This document shows, piece by piece, positions 1-12,586 of a DNA stretch of 64,000 nt (its first letter is position 1; each line of letters begins with the position of its first letter). Position numbers and translations under genes: made by a program. The stretch spans positions 1,178,001 through 1,242,000 of the forward strand of contig CM035355.1 in the NCBI GenBank assembly GCA_020137815.1. The letters are read 5' to 3'. This DNA comes from Hormiphora californensis. Its lineage: Eukaryota; Animalia; Ctenophora. The notes below the pieces were generated by a model. That model searched no databases, was not told the DNA's origin, and was given only the letters and a program-made list of their open reading frames with translations.

Positions 1-559
1 AAATGACCGTTAAAAACCGTTATCAGCGATAGCGCTACTTGAAAGCAATAGAGATAACAAGTTTAAACATGCGACTCTCTACTCGTGTGATCCATATCAT
101 ATCCATTAATTTGTTGTTGTCGTCGCTCTCTCTCAAAACATGTCTTTTTGTTTTGGTGTCACGTATCATTATCGTATACACGTGTCTTTCCATTTAAAGT
201 AGGCTTCTTAAAAGGAAATTCTAGTCAGAAATCAAGGCTTCCTTTTTTCACTATAGCATCCTAAACTCCTCCCTTAGCTCACGTCTAATATATTCTCTCT
301 CCCTTCAGTGACTATATACATGTATTAGACGAGCCAGTAATAATATATTCTTGTCAACAGTACTAATATTCCTTACATATTCAGTCTCTCTTTGTAATCT
401 CTCTCTCCTGGTCTCGCCTTTAACTTTCTCCATCATCGTCCAATTGTTTTCTTCCAATCTCGTCTCCTAACAAGCGAATGGGACCTTTCACCTACTTAGT
501 CCAACGACAAGCTCTTTCGTCTCTCCATTGATATTATTTTATTTTCACTAATCTATCAC

Positions 560-683
<124 letters not shown>

Positions 684-1592
684 CTATTTTATTGCTCTAT
701 CTTTCTCTGTCACCCACGTAAATGGTTTCTCAGCCAGTCATTGTTGTCCTCAAATTTGAACCTCTTTATCCCCACATATTATCCTTATGATGATCCTTTT
801 CTCCACCATTATCATTGTGATTACAATAACTGCTAAACCGTGGCAACCTAAAAGATGAATATTTGTCAAACAACACCACCCAGCATTGTGTCAATGAAAC
901 GTGTCAATAAAACTGTCATTGAACAAGTGTCTATTTGGGCCTTTCCCCCCCTTCAAAAGATCTTTTAGGGAACTGGGCTTTTAAACCCCTTCCATGCAAA
1001 TGTTCAATAAGATCAGCCAACTGCGTTTTGAAATTCCACTTGGGGGGGCCTTAAACCGGCCTCATTAACTTGTGTGGTTTTATTTGTTAACCCTGTAGTT
1101 ATGCTACATTGGAAATCTTTTCCTCAACTTTTATTGGTTGTGTTGTCTTGGTGAGAAACGAATTAGTTTTGTAAAATTAGATTATTTAGGGTTTCAGACT
1201 GAGGCTATATCCTGGAGAGCTTTGCTGGGGAGAGCGAGGGAGAGGGATGTAGTGAAGAAGAGAGAGAGAGAGGAGAGGAGAGAGAGGAGGGATCGGGGTA
1301 GATAGAGGGGGGCAGAGAGCGGGGCGAAGAGGAAGTAGAGGGAGAGATTTAGAGGGGAGGAGAGAAAGTGAGGGGGAAGAAACCGATGGAGGGAGAGAAA
1401 GCTTTTTCATTTCCCCCCCTCTCTAATTATCTCCCCCCCGAATATGTTGACCCTAGCTCACATAATGGTAAATCTCCAGCTTTTCAGTTCCTATGGCAAC
1501 AAAAATATACTTGAAGAGAAATTATATGCACATTGGCAATAGTCCAACTTCCAAGTTTGTCACTTGATACCCTTTTGTTGTGGTGCTCTCGT

Positions 1593-1667
<75 letters not shown>

Positions 1668-1973
1668 AGAGTGTGTGAGAGAGAAATATATTAGATCCTG
1701 GCTAGTGGTGACTGGTCATGTGCTATTGATTTGTGATTTATGAACTAATTAATACTTCCTGTTTTTCGACAGTCCCTTTCACATGGTCGATAAATTTGAT
1801 TTTATTTCCGTTAGATATTCTATTTCTCAGTAACATAATACCCGTCCCTAACATCTTTCTGTATCCATGACCTCTCTGTCGAGGTTTAGGACACGTACCA
1901 TTAATTGTTACTTATTGTCAACTCAAGTCTAACCGATATTCCTATTTAGCTATAACTATATACGCACTACACC

Positions 1974-4403
1974 ATGGCTAAGAGAAAGAAAAACACCGGC
2001 CCACCTACAACTGACCAGGATCATAACTTCTCTACTTTGAGGTGGGTGTGCCATTGTAGTATCGGGATTCGGGACAATGGTTGGGTCCTCTAGGGCTGTA
2101 ATTGGGTAATCTTTGGGCCGGTTCCAGATCATAGGATATTTTAACTAAATATCTCTCAGTCACAAGACCTCATTTTGTTTTCAAATTGACCATGTCCTGT
2201 GACGTCATTGACATAATAAACCAAGACAGAGGAGAGAACATAAACAGTTGATAACACTGATCACATTACACCCCATAAAGCTGCAGCTCATATTTCATTC
2301 AAATGCCTCCGTGATAAGAAGATATACAGCTCATAATTCTCTTCAGGATTGACGAGCATGCTACAGATCACTATAGTCATCAGATGGAGCAGTACAGACT
2401 ACCGCCACGAGCAGCAGTTGACACCAGCCGTGCCAGCAGCAGCCGTTATGATTCAGGTATATTATTAGCTGCACCATATTATTAGCGAGCCCTGGTATAT
2501 TTTGGGAGTGGAGGTGATCACTGATTAGGATCCCATTCAATCTCTGACGCTGCAGTCATTTCTCAGAATTCGTAAAACCGATCCACGTCCTGTCTGACAT
2601 TCATTTCTCTGTTTATTTGATTGTAATGTACAGAGTTCCATCGCTGCAGCTAATGTTTGTCACCCATCTTGAAAGTTCCAAAATCCGCAAATATTGAAAC
2701 ATCTACAGGGTGTTCATTTTGGATATAATATTTCATAATTGTAATATTCTGTAGGCCCAAATTATTGGATTAGTTCAAGTATGACGTTTCATAAGCTTAT
2801 CTTGTCAACTTTTTCTGGTTGAAAAAACACGTCTTGTAAAGATCCAAAATGAACACCCTGTACTTCGAGTCAACCACTGGCCCAACATCACTGTGTCCAC
2901 ATCCTCACGAGATAACTTTAGTTTGAGTGTGTTTTATGGTTTTGTTACGCAGGTTTATGTTCAGGCATCGATTCAGTGACGGCAGAGTACGTGGAGAACG
3001 CGGCCCTATCTGACGTCATACTGGAGGACTTGGAGGACCCCTTTACAGAGGTAGGAGGATTTTACAGGGATCCCGATTCCTTCCATTTACATGATCTCTC
3101 CCCAATATAACAATGCCACACTCTCTAGTCTCTGTCGCACTCTCTAGTCTCTGTCGCACTCTCTAGTCTCTGTCACACTCTCTGTCTCACTTTCTAGTCT
3201 CTGTCACACTCTCTGTCTCACTTTCTAGTCTCTGTCACACTCTCTGTCACACACTCTGTCACACTCTCTATCAAACTCTCTGTCACACTCTCTATCACAC
3301 TCTCTGTCACACTCTCTATCACACTCTCTAGTCTCTGTCACACTCTCTGTCACACTCTCTAGTCTCTGTCACACTCTCTGTCACACTCTCTGTCACACTC
3401 TCTAGTCTCTGTCACACTCTCTGTCACACTCTCTGTCACACACTCTGTCACACTCTCTATCAAACTCTCTGTCACACTCTCTATCACACTCTCTGTCACA
3501 CTCTCTGTCACACACTCTGTCACATTGTTCTGAGAATCATGACGAACATGTCCGATGTATCGGTTCTTATGGTTTCCCACTCACACTCTGCCATTACATC
3601 ACCAACACAAATAAAACTAATTTTTTATCTTTTCATTCTTAGAGCCTATGAACCTACGATCCCTTATCACTGGTCACTAGGGTGGCAGCTTGTTAATTCA
3701 TTACTTTATCAGGATGAAGATGAACTCTACGAGGAATTGATACCCGTCGTTACATCAACCCCAGCCATCCACCTATCTGCTGGGCATGGCTTCAGACGGA
3801 GAAATGGTAGGTTTCAGTGGTAGGTTTCAGTGGTAGTTGTAATCCTATCCGCATGGCTAGAAGTAAACAGGAGTGATCAGCACGTCTTTTAAAAACAAGT
3901 TAGATCACCCACTGCATTGACGTAGAGAGACCAAACTTCCCGTGTGAATGTCAAAACAAATTCGTTACAATATGGTGTGTGGGATTTGCGGGAAGTTTTA
4001 CTTCCAAACCCAATCATCATTAAATCATAATTAGAACGTTATACAATTACAATTCACTCCGTTAAGTTAAATTACTATTCAGTGGGACTAACAAATCTTC
4101 ATCTCTAGGATCATTGACACCCAACTCAAGAAGAAGACTGAGAACATTGTCGGAGGGAAGCCACGAGGACTTCCAATATGAACTCAATTACGGTAAATGA
4201 ACTATTCGTGTTGTTTATCAGAAAGCTTCCGTCTTTACATGGTCGATCAATAATCATTTAGGAGTCGATATTTTTGCCTGAGTTGAAGGCCCCAAGGTGT
4301 GTGACCTGCTCTAAATTTTACCATCCAATCTGCCAAGAAGGTGCTTCCAAATCTGGTGGGATTTCCACTCAATCTGTCGGGTGGTTATTCACTTGGGCAG
4401 GGA

Positions 4404-4439
<36 letters not shown>

Positions 4440-6002
4440 ATGAGAGAGAGAGAGAGAGAGAGGGAGATAGGGAGAGAGGGGGAGAGTAATGAGAGAGAGA
4501 GAGAGGGGGAGAGGGAGGGAGGGAGGGAGGAACTATTAAGTTGATGCAGAAACAGCTGTAGTGCACCAGCTTGGTGGTGCCCCTTTATTAAAGAGTTGAG
4601 TAGTCATGATGTCCTTCAGCCTAATGGACTCTCGGAAACTTAGTCATTCACCCCCTAAAAGATGATGAATGAGATAGGGCGAGAGAGAGAGAGAGAGAGA
4701 GGGGGGGGAGCGACGCAGGAGCCAGGAGAGAAGAGGGATAGATTACAGAAAACTCGTAGCTGGCACTTCTCTCATCTCTTTATCGGCATGCCATCTCTAT
4801 CAAAGATTTCCAGGCTTGTTATTGTTAGCAGGGAGGAGAGAAAAACGCTAAGTGCACCCTTGTAGCCAAGATACTGTAGCATGGGAAATCTAGCCGGAAG
4901 AGTTTTTCAGGCGTGTAGGGGTAGCAGGGCGAGGAGAAAACAATGCACCCTTGTATCTAAGATAGATGAGCTAGAGAAATCAATCTGCTTCTCTATGCTA
5001 CGCTTCCTCTCTCCCTCTAGAGCTTCGATTGACGTCTGTCTCATCCTCGCTCTCTCTCTCTTCTTCTCTTTCCTATCCCAGTGTCGATAATACTGTCTAC
5101 CACCCTGTTATCAATAAGCACTGCTGATATCTGGATAATTTAAGTTACGGGCGAAACTAGGGCCAACATAATGAGGTTTAAGAGTAGACACATGCATACA
5201 GTAGGACTTTGCGTTTACCCATAACCATGCATTGCCCTATTCGGGGTGATGAATAATTCAGAAGGGGTACATGACCGGTTGGTAAATCACCGAGAGTGGC
5301 ACGATGGACTTGTTGTGCAAGTTTCCCCCAAATCAGACTCATGGTGCCCCAGTATTGTTTGTGATAAAATATAATTATATGATAAGCGGTGACAATAATC
5401 TAAAAGTAAAGAGAGGGTGATAAAGAATTGCTGGAAGTGTGCCAAAGTAACCCTGGCGTGCCCCGTGCTAATCGACCTATCATCACCTCTATCTAGGCCA
5501 GATTATTATACACACAACTCCTACTTCACCTGTCCCCTTCTACCGCTACTCACTTTAAAGGATTCTGGATAGGTGCCAGCTGCATTTCTACTGACCCCAC
5601 AATTTCAGATCCCACAAACCCTGATCTGACGTTAATTCCCATCTTTAACTCTCGTATCCCCCCACAGGCCAACTGTCCCACCCCGACATATACCCGGAAG
5701 TGGTTGCAGCCCGACTCTCAGTATATGCAGACCAGATAACACCATCACTGGGACTCTATCCTGGTCTCAACAGTGTGTCACATGCTCTGATAATGAGGCT
5801 ACTAGCTGTAGCGGACCGAATGGAACGAGAATACTTCTCCCAACACACAACCGCAGTATTCAGTACACAGCAGCAGCAACAGAGAAGTGATTTAGTAGAG
5901 TGCCATACAACTTCATCAGCCATTTCCCGATCTCTCTTCCTTGGTTCAGTGATAGCCATAGGGTCTGCTGCCGTTGCTGTACTGTGGCATCTAAAGCGGT
6001 GA
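1974..6002 (+). CDS. Multi-exon hypothetical tail-anchored protein with two BH3-like motifs
   Basis: Hand-spliced GT-AG exons at about 1974-2041, 2347-2456, 2953-3050, 3713-3806 and 4109-4192 join in frame (MAKRKKNTGPPTTDQDHNFSTLRIDEH...YDSGLCSGIDS...EDEDELYEELIPV...RRRLRTLSEGS). Exons at about 5497-5572 and 5668-6002 end in a hydrophobic helix plus basic tail (LFLGSVIAIGSAAVAVLWHLKR*). The middle (4262-4960) is garbled, so linkage of the two halves is inferred. Confidence 0.6.
2706..2860. mobile_element. 155-bp Tc1/mariner-type MITE in an intron
   Basis: TIR CAGGGTGTTCATTTTGGAT...ATCCAAAATGAACACCCTG, flanked by TA on both sides. Confidence 0.8.
3120..3523. repeat. Intronic minisatellite of CTCTCTGTCACA / CTCTCTAGTCTCTGTCACA units
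   Basis: Tandem 12- and 20-bp variants are directly visible and account for the ORF-track VTES repeat. Confidence 0.9.
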
Positions 6003-7867
6003 ATATCACACCCTCCTGATAAGACACTGACTGTCATCATATCCTTGATATATCAGTTGTTTAAATTATTAATAACACATACTGGCTGTGTTTTCCAGTC
6101 CAGAGACAAAACGTGCAAATTTGGGATTTGAGAAACTAAGCTTTTTTGAGATGACAAGATAGTGAGAAGAGAGTGTTATATTAAAAAGCAATTTGAGTGT
6201 TTTTCGTGTAGATTACTTAGGTTATGTAACTCAGTTAAAATCATGTTCGCGTCCCTTTATCAACAAACTGACTTCTGTGAGTTTCATTTCGGTCAGAACT
6301 GTTCTGGCTTTAAAAAAGTCCATGATATCTCACAGACTTTCAGTAAAAGGGATCGTGCATCATATTATTTGTCCCCGGCTTAGAGTATGTTATAGAATTT
6401 AGTGTTTGCCGACTACTGTTATAGATCTAACTACCAGACTACAGGTCTAACTAGTTGTTTTTCGAGAGAAGATTTTCAGTATAATTATCATATCTTGCTG
6501 ATTTTTACATTTGGTACGGATTTATAAGTGTCAGGTGTAGCTGAACAGTGCTATTAGTGTACTGTGAGGAACGGGCTTGTTTGTATGGATTTTGAAAGTT
6601 GGGATTCAGAGAAACCGGTTTTCTCTTAGCATGTGCGGTATTTTCTTGGGGGAAATTCTAGCTGAGCTAGCGGGATCTATTTTTTGAAAAGCTACAACTA
6701 CAAACATCTCATATTGATATTGTTCTGTATTTTAGTTTTTGCCAAAAACACATTTTGTCACTAAGTATAAACAAGTTTTTGACATTATAAACACGTTGAT
6801 TTAAAGAAATCGAGTTTTCTTTTCCGATAGACAGACGTGTTTCTGAATAAATGATAAAAAGTTTATTTAATTCTATATTTTCACCACGTATTATTATGAA
6901 CCTACTTGACACAAGTTTTACGTCTCATGCCGATTAATGTCAGGCTGTGCCTCTCCGGTGTGCGGCGTAAAACATTTCAAACTATGACGTTATCACTTTT
7001 TTTGTTGTTATCAATTATAATAATCAATACTTTTTCAATTTTTGTTTGATTTTTGTGCCCCTGTTAAAAGCTGTTTTACGCTTTGGTTTAAAATGCTGTC
7101 TGTGTGACATGTTTCATTTCCCACATTGTTCAGTGTGGAACGTTAAACATGGTTTGTGGGTAATCTCGTTATGTGTGTGAAGCTGTAGATGTATCGCACA
7201 TTTAAAGACCTAGGACCCTGTTTTAAGATGCGGTTACAATAAATTATTGTTTTGTTTACTCCAATGATTGTAAAAATAAGAGTTGTCTTTATCTCGTCAA
7301 GTACCTATCTCCGATTAGTTTTTGGTCCCAATGTAGGCACCCGTTTTACAAACTGAGTATCTTTAATTCAAAACTGATTTTCGGTTGACATTCTTTAAGG
7401 AAACTGGTGCCTACATTTTTGATGAAAAGGTCAAAATATTGTATATCGTTAAAACTAAGATCTGAGAAACAATGTTCATATGTTACTCTTTCCATTTGTA
7501 ATTATATTTGTTTTTCTCGCAATAAAAGAGTTTTTACACTTTCAACCCCCTATTCCACTCCTAACGATTGGACTCGAGTCTATGCCGTTACACTGGCATG
7601 CCAGATACCAGGGTAAGGCAGCCCGGGACCTGGCATGCCAGCTTTTCTTCACTTCGAGATGCGGAACAAGAATAGTCGCATGTCCGTTAGACGCGAAAAC
7701 AAAAACATCAAAACAGGAATCTTCGCGCGAAAAAACAAGCCGCGCAAAAACGCTCCGCGCGAAAAGGCCAGAGCGCGCCGCGCGTAGCCGTGATTTCAAG
7801 AACTAAATTTCCAACATAAAAGTCAAAACTAAATTTTTTAGTTTTGAAACAAAAAAAGTTTTGAAAA

Positions 7868-8777
7868 TAGGGATCCCTAAAAAAGTTCAGTATTTACACA
7901 GAGTTTACACCAGTTAAGCCATTTCGGTTTTTCCCACGGTAGCGTGGGAAGAAAAATTTCGAAATCTGCGCTGTGATTGGCTTAAATTTTCTATCGTCAG
8001 AAATTTCAGCCAATCACAGCGCACGTTAACGTAATCGAGCTTCAACAAACGGTTATCAACCACCAGAAGCAACAACTCAGTACAGTGACAGCATCGGTGC
8101 AGAAGGTGAAAGCCTACTCTACTGTGCTAGCACAGAATTGTGCTGCAACCTCCCCCAAAGTGGGAAAACCACTACCAGTGAATCATCCTACTCCCGTCCA
8201 ACAGCCCGGAAGAGAGAAGAACATGGTTGTGTTTTGTCTCCCAGAAACAACCGATAGAGTAGCTAAAACTACTTTAGACGAACTTTTTGAGGAATTAAAT
8301 GAGAAACCGAAAGTGACTACGATGAAACGCATCGGCGAAAGAAATGAGAAGCGCCCTAGACCGCTCTTAGTATCCCTGGAGAAGAGAGCGACTCTCCTCG
8401 CACTCCTCAGAAAGGCACGAAACCTCAAAGACTCCAAACAGTTTTCGGCTGTTTATCTCTCTCCGGATCTTACGCCCTCTGAACTGAAAGAGCAAAAAGC
8501 TCTAAGGTCCACTTTGAAGCGGATACGATCAGAAGATCCTGACGGCTGCTACTTCATCCGTAATAATCTTATCCAAGTGGGATAGTTCCCCACTAACTCA
8601 CCGTTATCAGAGAACCGTGCTAGGAGCAGGCAGTCTACTGCAGTCCCTTTCAAATTAAGGAAAACGAGTTGTCTGTATACAAACTGTGTCAGTGCGGGAT
8701 ATAAACTGTCATTTTTATTATTATTATTATTATGGTGTAAACGCTGTGTAAATACTGAACTTTTTTAGGGATCCCTA
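7868..8777. mobile_element. Non-autonomous TIR element (TAGGGATCCCTA family) containing a LINE fragment
   Basis: About 45-bp TIRs: TAGGGATCCCTAAAAAAGTTCAGTATTTACACAGAGTTTACACCA at 7868 and its near-perfect reverse complement ending at 8777. The same TIR pair occurs at 22797-23342. Confidence 0.8.
8085..8733 (+). mobile_element. CR1/L2-clade LINE remnant: ORF1 C-terminal half, start of the ORF2 endonuclease, (TTA)n tail
   Basis: ORF 8085-8585 has REKNMVVFCLPE...RIG...RPRPLLV...LLRKARNLK...VYLSPDLTP, typical of CR1-type ORF1. Downstream SCLYTNCVSAGYK resembles the APE N-terminus (CLYTNARS). A (TTA)n run follows. Confidence 0.7.
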
Positions 8778-9026
8778 TTGAAACAATTTTAGGAGTTGGG
8801 CATCCGGTTCCTAGATTTTTGTATGGTCAAAATGATTACTATAGGCTATGAGGTGACTTTATCACATCACCGCTTCAGGCTTGTGACCAATGGTTCATGC
8901 AATACTCCTGGGGGTTGCCCCTCTCATACCCAACCTTTAGGGTGTGTCAGCGGTTACTTGTCTCAGGTCGCCCCTACCCTTGGATACACTGGGACCTATA
9001 TCTAATCTTAAGCTTTCCCTAGTCCA

Positions 9027-12000
9027 ATGCTTCGGTTTGCGGCTCGGCGGCTGCCGTCATGGAGTAAGGCGTACCAACAAACTGCTTCCATAACAACTTT
9101 CAAAACAACAACCCTCACCAGCTCACTGAGCTCTGGAAAGCAGGACACTCTTCCCATTATTGAGGATTTCTCACGTCGTCACATTGGACCAAATGATGGT
9201 GAGGTGGAAGCAATGTTGAAAGTAGTGGGGGCTGAGAGTCTTGATGAACTTTCTCGGTTGGCCATACCTGCAAACATCCTGGATGACTCACCCCTGAAAG
9301 TGAACCCACCAACCAGTGAGTTGGAACTCGCTAGAAGGGTTACCAAGCTCGCAAAGATGAACAAAACCTTTAGAAATTACATTGGAATGGGTTACTATGA
9401 TTCGAAAGTGCCGCCACCCATTGTGAGGAATATTCTGGAAAATCCCGGCTGGTGAGTCAAACAGAAAATTATGTATTTAATATTGTTTTTATTCAAACAT
9501 GTGCTATCCAGTCTGTTCATGATTGGAATTTGAATGCTAAACTCTTTCCTCTGCCAGGTATACTAGTTACACGCCTTATCAAGCTGAGATTGCCCAAGGT
9601 CGAATGGAGAGTCTTCTAAACTACCAAACTATGATCACCGATATGACAGGATTACCAGTGGCCAATGCCAGTCTTCTGGATGAAGCTACAGCTGCTGCCG
9701 AGGCCATGGCCCTAGCGTTCCGAAATCAAAAACGAAACAAAGATCCCGTGTTCTTCATGGATAACGCTATATTTCCACAGACAAAGGCTGTTGTTATGAC
9801 TCGAGCAAAAAACCTTGGAGTCAGGGTAAGATAAAACACTGTGCTGAGTTTTGGTGAAATCTTTCATAAATTATAAACTTTCAACACACTTCATCAAAAT
9901 CAGGAAACTCCTCCCCAAATTAATATAAGTTTCAGTTTCTAGTTTGCTACAATGTCATTATCCAATGTGTTCCTAGGAGTGAAGTAGTAGAAGGGCCCTC
10001 CTTTCATCCTGATCAGTGCCATGCTAGTGCCCACTTGGGGTTTGGAAGCAGGCATCGGTTGTGGGGCCATGTCGAAGTTTCGGGCAAGGAGGGACAGCGT
10101 CAGCTTCATACTGATCATTGCAATGTGTTTGCCAAGACAGGCCCGTGGTCCAGCTAGGAATGGAATGTAGGTGAGGGTGTCGACAGTTTGGAATTCCGTT
10201 TCGGAACCGTTCTGGATCGAATTGTCGGGGATTTGGCCAGTACTTCTCATTTCGATGAAGGCAGTATTGACTCCATTGAATTTGGCATGCCTTGGGAAGA
10301 TGATATCCGGATAGTTTGGTATCCTGTAACACCCATCTGGTCCCCTTCAGAAGAGTTGGGGTTAGTCGTAATGACTCTAAGATGACCATTTCGGTGTACT
10401 TCAAGTTATCCATGCTCTTTAAATCGGTGACTGGATTTTCTCGAAGTTCCTCCATCATTTTCTCGAAAATCTCCTTGTTGTTAATCATATAAGTGAAGAG
10501 AGAGCTGAGCTGTTTGGACATGTTGTCTATGACCATGTACACAGTCATGATGTCATCAACAACCTCCTCATTTGTCAGTCCTGCAGCGTCGTTAGCGGTT
10601 ACCAACCAAGCGAGCATGTCATCATCAGGATTTGTGTCCCAGCCGGCCATTTCCTTTCTCTTTTCATCGACCATTTTACGACAAATTGTTCTCAGGTTCA
10701 CGATCATTTCCAAACTGTCTTTCATCTCCTTGTTCATCGCCCGTTCTCCATACATTTGGAAGACACTCTTGAACTGAACTGGAATCACATCCAGTATAAT
10801 ATTCACTCGTTTCCCAATTTCCTCTGGTTGGTCGACCCCCATTGGACAGGATATTCCCATGACTGCCGGCAGCGCCGAAAATACCATTGTCATCATCTGG
10901 TGTATGTCCATTGCTGCCCCATTTTGTACCCTTGGCTTGATCTTGGTCTCCAGCAGCCGTCCCATCAAAGGTGCGATGTGGGGGAAAAGGTTTTGCATGT
11001 TTTGTTTGGCGAAGAATCCACTAACTACTTTCCTCTTTATTGCCCACGACTGGCCGTTACCTGTTAGTATACTCTTGTAACCGGTGATTGTCTGCCCGAA
11101 TAGAGCTCGGTTGGGAAGATGATCAACTTTCTTCATGTTTACAACCTCGCTGAAGATAAACTTCAGGGCTTCTGGATCAATCGTGAAGATGACGGGCCGG
11201 GTTCGAATTCTAAACTGGAAGGTCTCCCCATATTCTTCCACCCATTTAGAAAAGCATTCCAGAAAAGCGTTTTGCCTCCCATAGTTTTTCAAAGTAGGAC
11301 CATTGCCCTGGAAGAAGGAGCTGTATGGGGGTGGTCCGGGGAAATGGTCAAACTGTCGAGCGTAGAGCCACTTTTTGGAGACATCGTATGCGTAATAGAA
11401 GGAGACGGCGAGAATGATAGAAAACAAAAGAAACATAGTTCAACCGACAACAACTGAATGAGTTTCTGCTGCTGGTTATCCTGTCCGCCCACACACCGTG
11501 TAGGTTTACAGATGTGTAGGCGTGTTGTGTGCGTGTATCAATGGTTGTGGCAAGTGCAACCTCACTACGTGCCTTAACCAGCAGATATTACTGCAACCAA
11601 GTGAAACCTAACTGCAACTTCAGTAAGCTATTATTATTAGTTAGCAATGGAAAGAGTTCTCCCCCCCCCCCCCAAAATGAGGGAGTTAAAAAACAATCAC
11701 CAAAAAAGATCGTTTGCTTTCTAAATTCTAACACCATCTAGAAACTGTGAACTGAGACTTAGCATGCTAGGTTTATACCCAGTCGATACTTGTAGGGTCC
11801 CGTGCCGCTTTTTCAACCAAACTTCCCCAGGTTATTATTGGTGATTACTCTACATTCGACTATGCCACGCCTGGTCTCTGTGGCGTTCTGTTCCAGTATC
11901 CTAACAGTGATGGGAAAGTTATTGATTACAGCGAATACATCAAGGCAGCTCATGCCAACAAAGTGAGTCATTAGTTCTTAATGCATGTGTCCAACTGATT

Positions 12001-12445
12001 TGTGAAATCAATTACAAAAACTTGTTTGTGACTTAATTCAATGCCCTGATACTGCATGTTTTCAAATATCGTTCTTCTCTCAGACGGTTTCACAATCTGC
12101 TGTGTGTGGAAGCTGTGTGAAAATAATAAACTTATTTCATAGTTGCACACATATATGAAGTATGAAAATAGCACTACACATATGAAACAGCAGTGCAGGC
12201 TGCTACATGTTCCTGCCACATCCAATATTGCTATCTTATATCTCTCAGGCCCTGGCTGCATGTGCCACCGACCTACTGGCCCTTACCATGCTGACCCCAC
12301 CTGGTGAAGTTGGATTTGATATCGCTCTTGGAAGTGCCCAGAGGTTTGGAGTGCCTCTTGGTTACGGGGGTCCCCATGCAGCCTTCTTCAGCGTAAAGGA
12401 AAGCCTTAAACGGGCCATTCCAGGTTTGAGTGGGAGGTGTATTGT

Positions 12446-12507
<62 letters not shown>

Positions 12508-12517
12508 CTCTCTCCCA

Positions 12518-12586
<69 letters not shown>

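Noticed and set aside
4274-4566. ERERER / SLSLSL ORFs here and at about 12.3, 16.4, 35.9, 39.8, 41.5, 58.8 and 63.6 kb
   Set aside because: They are translations of (GA/CT)n microsatellites.
4800-4965. Two diverged direct repeats between GA tracts
   Set aside because: They look like a garbled, doubled copy of one small exon in low-quality sequence.
10180-10195. Programmed frameshift in the P450
   Set aside because: It is a single extra base in a short homopolymer, in an assembly with many such errors, with no slippery heptamer.
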